Shown here: positions 37,415 to 47,068 of the stretch, one piece after another | Layout: the number at the start of each line of letters is the position of its first letter | Position numbering within the stretch: position 1 is the first letter of the stretch | Assembly (NCBI GenBank): GCA_020048155.1 | Contig: JAIFMY010000056.1 | Span: 10,768 to 74,767 of the forward strand | Direction of reading: 5' to 3' | From: Bacteroidota bacterium | GTDB lineage: Bacteria > Bacteroidota > Bacteroidia > Bacteroidales > DYOH01 | Length of the DNA: 64,000 nt | Program-made: the position numbers and the translations under genes | Notes under the pieces: model-generated | Seen by the model: the letters and a program-made list of their open reading frames with translations, nothing else | What the model was told of the DNA's origin: nothing | The model's database searches: none

Positions 37415-39466
37415 TTAGTTTCTGAAATAAAAATCACCAAAGATAGCACTATTTTCCCAAGGTAGTTGCTGGAAATTAGACTGTTCGTATACATTCTTGC
37501 GAACTACTTTGAATACATCTTCCAACTTGAGACCAGGCTGGCGCAATGCTTTCAACAGCTCCTGTGTGTATAATCCATTGCCACCAGAGCCATCTGAAGC
37601 CACTGAACCTGGGGCGGTAGCATACGCTATAAAAGTACCCTGGCCTGCGCTGGTTGTAGCCAAACCTCGCAATGCACCTGAACGGAAACTACGAGCAAAA
37701 GGATTGTCGCGGCATGCATCCAATATCACAATATTGAGCTGATTTCGAGCATATTCCATTTCGGCCAATACACGCCTTAGGTCTACAGCTTCAAGTTCCA
37801 CATCGGCTTCTTTTTGAATATCTGCATCTACCGGAATTATAAAGTTCTGACCATCGAGCTGCATACCGTGTCCTGCAAAATAGAATAAACCTACTGTACC
37901 AGGTTTCTCGGCCAATTTTGCACCGAAGTTTCTGATCTGACGTTTCATCTCATCTTGGCTGGCATTGGTAACCATTATTACATCAAATCCCAATGCTTTC
38001 AGTTCTGCTGATATAGATTTTGCATCATTCTCTGGATTTTTGAGTGGCGACGAGGTATAATTGCTATTTCCGATAATCAGAGCTACTTTACGTTGGTCAG
38101 ACGATTGTCCACCACCCTGAAGCGTCACTTTCCTGATTTCAGATGTTACGGTAGAATTACCATTATTTACCACCACTTTTATTTCGTTTTCACCATTGTT
38201 GAGAGATACAGTGCGTTGAATAGTAAAATCGCACATTCCATCGTTTACTACAGAAAAGCCACGTGTTGATGAATTTTGTTGCAATACATTGTTTACGTAT
38301 ACTTCTACAGTTTTGAGCTCAGTAGCAGATTTTACGCAAATATTTATCATAGTTGAATTGGTGGTAGAATTTGATGTAAAATACTGAGGGGTAATCCATG
38401 TAAGAACAGGTTTACTATCCACTACTTGGCCACCACCTTTGAATTCGTCATTTTCCCACACGCCAACTTCTTCAACCCCATTGGCATATATAAATTTACC
38501 TTTGCCTTGGCGAACCCCATTCTGAAATTCTCCAATATACTTATTTCCGTTGCTATAATAGTATGTGCCAGTTCCGTGGTATCCATCCTCTTTCCATTGC
38601 CCTACATATTGAGATCCTGTAGCAAATGTATAAGTTCCATAACCATTGCGTTTTCCATTCAGAAAATTACCAACATATACATCTTCGTTTGCAAAAGTAT
38701 AGGTTCCTTGCCCATTGTATGTGCCAGATTTGAAATATCCTTCGTATTTTTCGCCACTTTCGAATAAGTATGAGCCATAGCCATCGTTACAATCGCCAGA
38801 AATACATCCTGTTTCTTTTTCCTCGCTCCATTGGTCGTTAGCCCAATATCCGGTAGCAAAAGTTTTGTCGGGATATGAATATGTGCCTACACCGTGTTTT
38901 TGGTCGTCGAGCCATTCGCCATAATAAGCACCTCCACTGGCAAAAAAGTTGGCACCAACACCGTTTCTCATGCCATTTTTCCAGTTTCCGTAGTAAACTT
39001 CACCGTCTTCCCATACATAAGTGCCAAAACCTTCGTTACAGTCGCCAGTTACGCAACCGGTTGGTCTGTATGCATTCTCATAAGTACCACTTTTATAGGT
39101 ACCTTTCTCTGCAATGTTGGAATTGTCAAAATAAACTCCGTACCCGGTTCTGCTGTGATCTACCCATTGACCTATGTAACGTTCATATTTCCAACCGGAA
39201 ACAGAGCCATATATGTATGTTCCATAGCCTTCAAATTCTCCTTCGCTCCAGAAGCCAACAAAATAATCGCTATTTGCAAATTCGAATATCCCGAATCCAT
39301 CGCGATAACCTTCAGAAAAATACCCGGTGTATTTTCCGCCACCGGAATATGCATAAGTTCCCCATCCGTTTTCACAATCTCCAGACTGACATCCGGTACT
39401 TTGTGAAAAGGAATTAAGCCCGTAAAGTAGTAAGGCAAAAAAAAGTGTTATAATTTTCCGATTCAT
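37415..39466 (-). CDS. Secreted MORN-repeat protein with a C-terminal caspase (peptidase C14) domain
   Basis: Signal peptide, then three blocks of MORN repeats (YxGxWxxGxxxGxG). A beta-sandwich-like middle region follows. The caspase domain has KVALIIGNSNY, FYFAGHGMQ (His) and ILDACRDNPF (Cys). Confidence 0.85.
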   Translation of the reverse strand: MNRKIITLFFALLLYGLNSFSQSTGCQSGDCENGWGTYAYSGGGKYTGYFSEGYRDGFGIFEFANSDYFVGFWSEGEFEGYGTYIYGSVSGWKYERYIGQWVDHSRTGYGVYFDNSNIAEKGTYKSGTYENAYRPTGCVTGDCNEGFGTYVWEDGEVYYGNWKNGMRNGVGANFFASGGAYYGEWLDDQKHGVGTYSYPDKTFATGYWANDQWSEEKETGCISGDCNDGYGSYLFESGEKYEGYFKSGTYNGQGTYTFANEDVYVGNFLNGKRNGYGTYTFATGSQYVGQWKEDGYHGTGTYYYSNGNKYIGEFQNGVRQGKGKFIYANGVEEVGVWENDEFKGGGQVVDSKPVLTWITPQYFTSNSTTNSTMINICVKSATELKTVEVYVNNVLQQNSSTRGFSVVNDGMCDFTIQRTVSLNNGENEIKVVVNNGNSTVTSEIRKVTLQGGGQSSDQRKVALIIGNSNYTSSPLKNPENDAKSISAELKALGFDVIMVTNASQDEMKRQIRNFGAKLAEKPGTVGLFYFAGHGMQLDGQNFIIPVDADIQKEADVELEAVDLRRVLAEMEYARNQLNIVILDACRDNPFARSFRSGALRGLATTSAGQGTFIAYATAPGSVASDGSGGNGLYTQELLKALRQPGLKLEDVFKVVRKNVYEQSNFQQLPWENSAIFGDFYFRN

Positions 39467-39563
39467 ATTGGTTGTTAATTAAGGTTGATTAATTCTTTTT
39501 TTTTAATTCATGTTTCATTGAAAAATACTTAGTTCTGTACAACTAACGTATAAGAGTATAATT

Positions 39564-41063
39564 TTAATATTCAATAAGCTCAAAATTTACATTCATTAGT
39601 TTCGAAAAACGTAATCCTGTGGTGAACATATCTTCATCTTGCTTAGAATAGTGCCATTTAACGAGTACTTCGCTACCTGCAGTTAAATCGCTTAATATGA
39701 GTAAAATTTTAATTATTTGCTTCGAAGATGCTGTATTTATATAATCGAGTTTGAACTCAAATACTGTAAAAGGATTTGGGTTTTTATAATAATTTTGAAG
39801 CCACGCAAGTATAGGTCCATAAAATTCGAGTGCATTTTCGGGCAACGATCTATGGTTGAAAGTAAATATACCATCGATTGGGATTAGCCTTACCTCAGGT
39901 GTATCTTCGGTGGATGGATACACCAAAGGCTCTATGCTATTTATTTTCATCTGAATAGCCGTACGAAGATGATACAAACTTACTTCGTCAGACACCTGAT
40001 GAAAGCTATAACTTAATTTATTTCCCGATTTAAGTCGCATATCTATTAGCCCCAAACCGGTAGTATTGGCATCCTCCTCAAAATACAACAATACTTTGTT
40101 GTAGTAGTTTTCAAGTTCTGGTGCACTAAGTTTATTTACAAAATCAATTTCTTGCCTGAGTTTTTCGGTCTTTGCATTGTTGATATAATTGTTTGTATTG
40201 AGCACAAAACCATTGGGACGGCCACTTAGGAAAAATAATCCGGGTGCTCCATTGCCTTTGCGCATGGCACCATGCTTCACTATATTCTGAAGCATTTCTA
40301 CCATTATATTGTATAATTTAATAGAAAGCTTGCTTTTATCTAACTGATTTTCAATTATATTGAGCAAACTCAACAAGTTTTCCTGTGTAAATATACCCTT
40401 GTAGCTGATAACTATATTGTTGTCTATGATATACTTGTGAAGTTGCACCAGATATGATAAGCTTGATGGTATTTCTATTGTATTGGTTCCGGCATTATTT
40501 TCGTCTTGATCTTCAGATGAGTTTACAGTGGTTTGAAAGTAAAAGTATGAATGCTTATCATCAATACGCATGAAATCGAAATAGAGCCTGTTGCCAGATT
40601 TGCGCGCCATTTCTATCAATCCTAAGCCGGCTCCACCTTTGTCGGAAAGTGAGCCTGAGTTAAGTTTATCCAGATAATATTTTTTTAGTTCACCTTTATC
40701 CAGGTTGTTTACCTTATCCAATTTCTCTTTGAGTGATTCAATATTCTGGTTTTCAATTATATTTCCGGTGGTAATTATATAATGCTTGACCCTGCGCTGT
40801 ATCACAAAAAAACCATCGTATAAAGAATCGTCTCTGGTAATTTCGTTCTGGTGACGGGTTACGTTTTGTAAACCTTCTACCATGATGAAGAAAATACGTC
40901 TTTTTACAGCACCTTTTCCTGAGGTATGCGATAAATCTTTTTCTGCAAAAAGCAGCAATTCATCTGTTATCGATTTGTTGAACTGGCCCCTATATACGTA
41001 CTCAAGTTCTTCATCGGTAATATTGAATAGATATCTTTCAAGAAAATTGTTATCAGAGTCCAT
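39564..41063 (-). CDS. Fusion of two SiaB-like (RsbW/SpoIIAB-type GHKL) kinase modules with a C-terminal SiaC/DUF1987 domain
   Basis: The N-box and G-box each occur twice (VEGLQNVTRH + GGAGLGLIEMARKSG; VEMLQNIVKH + TTGLGLIDMRLKSG). The C-terminus (SLPENALEFYGPILAWLQNY...LDYINTASSKQI...VKWHY) matches the DUF1987 pattern. Confidence 0.65.
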   Translation of the reverse strand: MDSDNNFLERYLFNITDEELEYVYRGQFNKSITDELLLFAEKDLSHTSGKGAVKRRIFFIMVEGLQNVTRHQNEITRDDSLYDGFFVIQRRVKHYIITTGNIIENQNIESLKEKLDKVNNLDKGELKKYYLDKLNSGSLSDKGGAGLGLIEMARKSGNRLYFDFMRIDDKHSYFYFQTTVNSSEDQDENNAGTNTIEIPSSLSYLVQLHKYIIDNNIVISYKGIFTQENLLSLLNIIENQLDKSKLSIKLYNIMVEMLQNIVKHGAMRKGNGAPGLFFLSGRPNGFVLNTNNYINNAKTEKLRQEIDFVNKLSAPELENYYNKVLLYFEEDANTTGLGLIDMRLKSGNKLSYSFHQVSDEVSLYHLRTAIQMKINSIEPLVYPSTEDTPEVRLIPIDGIFTFNHRSLPENALEFYGPILAWLQNYYKNPNPFTVFEFKLDYINTASSKQIIKILLILSDLTAGSEVLVKWHYSKQDEDMFTTGLRFSKLMNVNFELIEY

Positions 41064-41108
41064 AAGCTATAAGATCATTTAGATAATGCATCAATTTAAA
41101 TGCCACAA

Positions 41109-42260
41109 TCAAGATTTATACATATACTTGAGAATTTGTTCAAGTGCTTTTGCATCGAGTGCATAAAATTGCCCTCCTGCATGATTACGTATCAAAAGTT
41201 CCAATATTTTATTTTCATCATTTGCTGGTATTCCAGCTTGTTCCAATCTGATTGGGCTATTTATTGAAGTCCAGAAATTTTCAAGCATTTCAATGGTTTT
41301 AGCAGCATCTGAAGTACCAAAAACCAGCTCTCCAAGCCTTGCTATACGATGGGCAAGCACAGGCATATGGTATCGCATCCAAGCCGGGTATGTGATAGAA
41401 AGGCTAGCCCCATGCGGAGTATCATATAAATAAGAAAGTACATGACCTATGGAATGTACTCCCCAATCGCCGCCCTTTTTGCCAAAATTGGTAGAACCAT
41501 TGAGCGCCATTGTGGCTGCTAGCATGATATTGGCCCTGTATTCATAGTTCATGGGATCGGCCAATACTTTGGGTGCAAACTCCATGGCTTCCAATAATAT
41601 GCCAGCAATAAGTCGGTCTGACAATCCTGCATGCCCTCCACCAAAATATGCTTCGAGCGCGTGTGCCATGAGGTCGGTTATACCATATGCAGTATAAGCT
41701 GCATCAACCGTGTATGAATACTCAGGGTTCAGGAACGAATGTTTGGGATACATCACCGGATGCCAAAATCCTACTTTTTCATGTGTTTCGTGATTTTGTA
41801 CTACTGCTGCTGCATTCATTTCGGAGCCTGTTGCGGCAAGCGTAAGTATGGTTATGAGCGGAAGGCTTCCCTGAACTTTTTCCTTCCCCTTTATCATACT
41901 CCATGTATCTGTGTCTTGCTGTATGCCAATGGCTATTATTTTGGAAGAATCGAGTACACTGCCACCGCCCAAAGCGATAACCATATCCACTTTTTCCTTT
42001 TTCCCCAAAGCTATGGCTTCATCTACTTGGTCTATAGTAGGATTAGATTTTATACCACTATATACTTCATAGTTTATATTGTTTTTTTCAAGTATGTCTG
42101 CTACCACATCAAAATATCCGTATTTTTTGGCCGAGCTTTTGCCCATAACTATAAGGGCTTTCACACCATATTGTTTTACTACCGTACCAAGTTGCAGTAT
42201 CGACTTTGAACCAAAATGGAGGTGAACCGGATTGTATGCTTCAAAATTCATAAAAACCAA
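41109..42260 (-). CDS. Iron-containing (group III) alcohol dehydrogenase
   Basis: 383 aa. ALGGGSVLDSSK and the metal-binding His cluster (HALEAYF...HSIGH) are present. An alternative start exists at 42251. Confidence 0.85.
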   Translation of the reverse strand: MVFMNFEAYNPVHLHFGSKSILQLGTVVKQYGVKALIVMGKSSAKKYGYFDVVADILEKNNINYEVYSGIKSNPTIDQVDEAIALGKKEKVDMVIALGGGSVLDSSKIIAIGIQQDTDTWSMIKGKEKVQGSLPLITILTLAATGSEMNAAAVVQNHETHEKVGFWHPVMYPKHSFLNPEYSYTVDAAYTAYGITDLMAHALEAYFGGGHAGLSDRLIAGILLEAMEFAPKVLADPMNYEYRANIMLAATMALNGSTNFGKKGGDWGVHSIGHVLSYLYDTPHGASLSITYPAWMRYHMPVLAHRIARLGELVFGTSDAAKTIEMLENFWTSINSPIRLEQAGIPANDENKILELLIRNHAGGQFYALDAKALEQILKYMYKS

Positions 42261-42365
42261 GTGATTTTAAATTTTCAATAAACTTAATAAATTTCAGTTG
42301 ATGTTTCATAACGCAATACCAAATTTATTCTTTATTTTTAAACGAAAACTCAAACATAAGTTTTT

Positions 42366-44465
42366 TTGAAGACTTTACTACATATATTGCTTTTATCTTA
42401 TCTGTGCATATCTTTAGATATGAAGGTATTTGGACAGTCAGCCATACGGCTCGATTCGTTAAGAAACGTCATGCATAAATCTGAGACAGATACCGGAAAA
42501 ATTTCATCAATCATAAAAATTGCACTTGAATATTACGTTGCCGTGCCAGATAGTGCCAGAAAATATGCCAATTGGGGTTTAAGATTGTCCGATTCAGCTG
42601 GCTACCCAATGGGGCAATCAAAATGCCTCAATATTTTGGGCTTGATAGAAATGAATTATGGTTCGTTGGCAAAAGCAATTGAATATCAGACAAAAGCATT
42701 GATATACGCTGAGCAAATAGATTCCAAAAAAATAATGGCTTCGGTTTACAACAACCTGGGCATAAGCTACTATTTACTAAACGACTACAAAAAAGCACAA
42801 TTCTACTATTTCAAAGCGCTCAATCTGTTCGAAGAACAAAACGACTATAGCGGCCAGGGAAGTGCTTTCAACAACATTGGTATTATTTTCGATTTGCAGG
42901 GAAATAAAGACCAGGCAGCCTATTATTACCGGAAGAACCTGGATTTAGCGATAAAAGAAAACAGATTCAATGACCAGATAGTGGGCTACTTAAATATAGG
43001 TACCATTTTTGAAACTCAAAAAAAATACACTGAAGCTGAAGTTTATTACCAACGAGCCCTTGCTCTTTCAGACTCATTGGATGTATTGGACATAAAGACC
43101 ACTAGTTTAGGAAACATTGGCGGTTTGTATGTAGAAATGGAAAAGTATACGCTTGCTGAAAAATACCTCATGGAAGCTCTGGATATTTCGCTCAAAATGA
43201 ATAGCTTGCTTATAGCTGTAGATGTGTATGGTTCGCTTTCGATGATGGAAATGAAACTAAAAAACTACCAGAAGGCAAAAATTTATCTTGACAAAGGGCT
43301 AAAAATAGCCACGGAGATGAACAACAGAGAAACCCTGCTTGAAATTTACGATATCTCTATAAAATATTACGAAAGCATTCAGGATTATAAAAACTCTTTG
43401 AAATATTTTAAATTGTATAAAACTGAGGACGATTCAATAAAAACAGATGAAAATATAAAATCTCTTTTCCAGATGCAAATGGAATACCAAACCCAGCAAA
43501 AACTAAAAGAGGAAGAAATTACCACCCTAAAGCAAGCTGCCGAAAAGCAAAGCAAACTATACAGGCAGCGCATATTCATAGCTATTGTAATAGTAGTATT
43601 CGTACTGATGGTATTGTTGCTGCTCTATTTTTATAAAATAAATAATAATAAGGAAAAGGCTAATAAACTTCTTCTACAAAAAAACCAACAGATATACGAG
43701 CAGTCTGAAGAACTGATGCAAATACTTGAACAACTTAGCATGCGTGAGCACCAGCTTACCGAAAGCAACCATGCTAAAGACAAGATGCTTTCCATTATAG
43801 GACACGACTTGCGCGGCCCAGTTGGAAGTCTTGAACGTATGCTCAATTATTTGGTAGAAGAATATGAACATTTCAATAATGAGGAAATTCATAATCTACT
43901 CGAAGCAGCCCGCGAATCTGCAGAGCTCACTTTCAATTTGCTCGATAATTTGCTTATATGGGCTCGCAATCAGCAGAACGATATTGCATTTTCACCCACG
44001 TACTATGCCTTGCTTCCGGTGGTGATCGATAATTTTAACTACTTAAAGGGAGTTGCCGAAATAAAAAGCATAAAACTAATTTCAAATGTAAATGATGACA
44101 TTCAAGGTTTTTTTGACAAAAACATGATCAGCACCGTTATGCGTAACCTTATTTCAAATGCCATAAAATTTACACCCGGTGAAGGTACTATAGTGGTAGA
44201 GGCGCACAATATACCGGGAAATAAATTAGAAGTCAATGTAAAAGATAACGGTGTGGGTATAGCACCCGAAAATATAAATAAGATCTTCAATATTTCTATA
44301 CATTACACTACCTTGGGTACAAACCATGAAAAAGGATCCGGGCTGGGACTGAAACTCTGCAAAGACTTTATAGAAATGCATGGAGGTACTATTCATGTAA
44401 ACAGCATATTGGGCGAAGGCACAACTTTCACTTTCACCCTGCCTATTGAAGAATATCTGAATTGA
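42366..44465 (+). CDS. Sensor histidine kinase with N-terminal extracytoplasmic TPR array, one TM helix, HisKA and HATPase_c
   Basis: Signal peptide followed by 40-aa TPR units. The TM helix is IFIAIVIVVFVLMVLLLLYF. The H-box is MLSIIGHDLRGP; the N-box is NLISNAIKFT; the G-boxes are DNGVGI and GSGLGL. The track start is a TTG codon. Confidence 0.85.
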   Translation: MKTLLHILLLSYLCISLDMKVFGQSAIRLDSLRNVMHKSETDTGKISSIIKIALEYYVAVPDSARKYANWGLRLSDSAGYPMGQSKCLNILGLIEMNYGSLAKAIEYQTKALIYAEQIDSKKIMASVYNNLGISYYLLNDYKKAQFYYFKALNLFEEQNDYSGQGSAFNNIGIIFDLQGNKDQAAYYYRKNLDLAIKENRFNDQIVGYLNIGTIFETQKKYTEAEVYYQRALALSDSLDVLDIKTTSLGNIGGLYVEMEKYTLAEKYLMEALDISLKMNSLLIAVDVYGSLSMMEMKLKNYQKAKIYLDKGLKIATEMNNRETLLEIYDISIKYYESIQDYKNSLKYFKLYKTEDDSIKTDENIKSLFQMQMEYQTQQKLKEEEITTLKQAAEKQSKLYRQRIFIAIVIVVFVLMVLLLLYFYKINNNKEKANKLLLQKNQQIYEQSEELMQILEQLSMREHQLTESNHAKDKMLSIIGHDLRGPVGSLERMLNYLVEEYEHFNNEEIHNLLEAARESAELTFNLLDNLLIWARNQQNDIAFSPTYYALLPVVIDNFNYLKGVAEIKSIKLISNVNDDIQGFFDKNMISTVMRNLISNAIKFTPGEGTIVVEAHNIPGNKLEVNVKDNGVGIAPENINKIFNISIHYTTLGTNHEKGSGLGLKLCKDFIEMHGGTIHVNSILGEGTTFTFTLPIEEYLN

Positions 44466-44577
44466 ATATGGCTGATTTACTCATATTTAAGTCATATTTT
44501 TAGAAATAAAGCCACAGCAATTAGGAATTTTCAATAATAAAGTTCAAATTTAGGGTAAGAAACAAACACTTAATTCT

Positions 44578-45330
44578 ATGACCCTAAAACTAAATGATAT
44601 TTCGACCAGAGCCCCACAAGGCGCTGATAAAGAAGAAATTAAAACAGCCACCAAAGACCTTAGAAAAGAACTTGGTGAACTGCAGAACCTGCTCTACGCA
44701 GAGGGAAAGCATAGCCTGTTGGTTATCCTTCAGGGTATGGATGCCAGTGGTAAAGATGGCACAATCAGAACGGTATTCAGCGAAGTAAACCCACAGGGTA
44801 TAAGGGTTGTACCTTTCAAAAGACCTACCGAAGAAGAACTCTCGCACGATTTCTTGTGGCGCATCCACCAAAACACGCCCCCCAAAGGTATGATATATGT
44901 ATTTAACCGCTCCCACTACGAAGATGTGCTTGTAACCCGTGTGGAAGATATGATTGATGATGAAACAGCTTTCAAACGATTCGAGGCAATCAATGCGTTC
45001 GAGCAATTGCTGCAAGATTCAGGCACACTCGTACTTAAATTCTACCTCCATATCTCGGAAGAAGAACAGCAAGAACGTTTCATGGAAAGACTGGAAGAAA
45101 GAGAAAAAAATTGGAAATTCAATATCCACGATTTGCATACCGCCAAAAAATGGCCTGAGTACAGACTTGCATACCAAGATGCCATTGACAAATGCAGCGA
45201 TCCTGTACCTTGGTACCTTGTGCCTGCCGACCAAAAATGGTACAAAGAGTTTATAGTTGCACAAACCATAGTAGAAAGACTCAAAAAACTTAACATGCAA
45301 TATCCTGCTTACGAGGCTTTTGACGAGTAG
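44578..45330 (+). CDS. ppk2: Polyphosphate kinase 2 family protein
   Basis: 250 aa. Walker A is LQGMDASGKDGTIR, followed by FNRSHYEDVLVTRV, a typical PPK2 pattern. Confidence 0.85.
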   Translation: MTLKLNDISTRAPQGADKEEIKTATKDLRKELGELQNLLYAEGKHSLLVILQGMDASGKDGTIRTVFSEVNPQGIRVVPFKRPTEEELSHDFLWRIHQNTPPKGMIYVFNRSHYEDVLVTRVEDMIDDETAFKRFEAINAFEQLLQDSGTLVLKFYLHISEEEQQERFMERLEEREKNWKFNIHDLHTAKKWPEYRLAYQDAIDKCSDPVPWYLVPADQKWYKEFIVAQTIVERLKKLNMQYPAYEAFDE

Positions 45331-45349
45331 TCGGATTTTTTTTAAATAA

Positions 45350-45393
45350 ATTCCACATATTTTTTTCGAAAAGTATGTGGAATTTTTGTTTTT
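45350..45393 (+). terminator. Intrinsic terminator of ppk2
   Basis: ATTCCACATA (45350-45359) pairs with TATGTGGAAT (45374-45383) and is followed by TTTTTGTTTTTG. Confidence 0.65.
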
Positions 45394-45433
45394 GTACATC
45401 TCAATATAAAACAAACTTAAAAAACAACCCGTT

Positions 45434-47068
45434 ATGAAAACTAAAAAACCAATCTCCTATTTTTTCAGTTTTATTCTATTTGCGAGTCTATTTGCTTGCG
45501 GAAATATGAATAACACGGGCCTCTCTGATAAAAATGCAAAACAAGAAATAAATAGCCCCGTAAGCGAGATGTCGAAAGATGAAGCCAGTGGTATGGTAAT
45601 AGAAGCAGAACCCGGTATAATATCCGACGATGAAACTTCTACCAATTTCAATACCGAAGAATACGACAAAATAGTGGAAAATGAATTTAAGGATGCTAAG
45701 CAAAATCCACTTTCTACTTTTTCTATTGATGTAGACAATGCTTCATATTCAAATGTTCGCAGGTACTTAACCGATAGTCAGTTACCTCCTGCCAATGCTG
45801 TACGTATTGAAGAAATGATAAATTATTTCGATTATGAATATCCAGATGCTACCGGAGAACATCCATTCTCGTTTATTACCGAAATAGGCGAATGCCCATG
45901 GAATAAAGAAAATAAACTGATACACATAGGTATACAAGGCAAAAAACTGGATTATAATACCTTGAAACCTTGCAATCTGGTGTTTCTGATAGATGCATCG
46001 GGCTCAATGGAAGACAATAATAAACTACCATTGCTCAAAAAATCGCTGCGCATGCTGCTCGACAATCTGAACGACCGCGACCGTGTAGCGATAGTTGCCT
46101 ATGCTGGTGCTGCCGGCCTGGTGCTACCTTCCACACAGGCATCTTCAAAAGATAAAATAATAGAAGCACTGGACAACATCATGGCCGGTGGCTCTACTGC
46201 CGGTGGCCAAGGCATACAGCTGGCATACGAAGTAGCTGTAAAGAACTACATAAAAGGCGGAAACAACCGCGTGATATTGGCCACCGATGGCGATTTCAAC
46301 GTAGGTACTTCGTCTACAGGCGAGCTGGTAGATATGATCAATGAAAAACGTAAAAGTGATATTTACCTTACCATTCTTGGTTTTGGTATGGGCAACTACA
46401 AAGATGGCCGCATGGAACAAATAAGCAACTCGGGCAACGGAAACTATTTTTACATAGACAATATAAAAGAAGCCGAAAAAGTATTTGTGAAAGAAATGCG
46501 CGCCAATATGTTTACCATAGCCAAAGATGTGAAAATACAAATTGAATTCAATCCTGCCTTTGTGAAAGGTTACCGCCTGATTGGCTATGAAAACCGAGTA
46601 ATGGCCGCCGAAGATTTCAACGACGATACAAAAGACGCCGGTGAGCTTGGTGCAGGACATACAGTAACTGCTTTGTACGAAATAATACCTGTGGGCTCAA
46701 GCCAGGAAGTAAAAACTTACGACAATCTGAAATACCAAAATCAGGGCACTAATAGCTACTCAACTGGTTCTGATGAAATAATGACCCTGAAATTCAGATA
46801 CAAACCGCTCGACTCTGAAGTGAGTATTCCTATAGAAGTTGCTGTAAAAAACAAAACACAGAAACTGGCCGATTGTTCCAACAATTTCAGATTTTCTGCC
46901 TCGGTAGCTACATTTGGAATGCTGCTGCGCGACTCAAAATTTAAGGGTACCTCTACTTTCGAAATGGCTACAAACCTGGCAAAAGGTGCAATAACTGCCG
47001 ACGAAATGGGCTACAAACAAGAATACCTTGGGCTTATAAAAACAGCAGATCTATTGAGCAAAAAATAA
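45434..47068 (+). CDS. von Willebrand factor A domain lipoprotein (YfbK-like)
   Basis: Lipobox SLFAC. The MIDAS motif is LIDASGSMED, and ILATDGDFNVG is present. A C-terminal extension follows. Confidence 0.8.
   Translation: MKTKKPISYFFSFILFASLFACGNMNNTGLSDKNAKQEINSPVSEMSKDEASGMVIEAEPGIISDDETSTNFNTEEYDKIVENEFKDAKQNPLSTFSIDVDNASYSNVRRYLTDSQLPPANAVRIEEMINYFDYEYPDATGEHPFSFITEIGECPWNKENKLIHIGIQGKKLDYNTLKPCNLVFLIDASGSMEDNNKLPLLKKSLRMLLDNLNDRDRVAIVAYAGAAGLVLPSTQASSKDKIIEALDNIMAGGSTAGGQGIQLAYEVAVKNYIKGGNNRVILATDGDFNVGTSSTGELVDMINEKRKSDIYLTILGFGMGNYKDGRMEQISNSGNGNYFYIDNIKEAEKVFVKEMRANMFTIAKDVKIQIEFNPAFVKGYRLIGYENRVMAAEDFNDDTKDAGELGAGHTVTALYEIIPVGSSQEVKTYDNLKYQNQGTNSYSTGSDEIMTLKFRYKPLDSEVSIPIEVAVKNKTQKLADCSNNFRFSASVATFGMLLRDSKFKGTSTFEMATNLAKGAITADEMGYKQEYLGLIKTADLLSKK

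Noticed and set aside
38426-39417. Plus-strand ORFs of 113, 170 and 180 aa inside the caspase/MORN gene
   Set aside because: They lie antisense to a gene with strong repeat and catalytic motifs. Their length comes from the repetitive Gly/Tyr codon composition of the MORN repeats.
33676-39466. TPR protein plus caspase-family protease as an intracellular CHAT/TPR-type abortive-infection or defence system
   Set aside because: Both proteases have clear N-terminal signal peptides, so they are exported rather than cytoplasmic effectors. The TPR gene is on the opposite strand behind a bidirectional terminator. No NTPase, nuclease, CRISPR or sensor gene is nearby.
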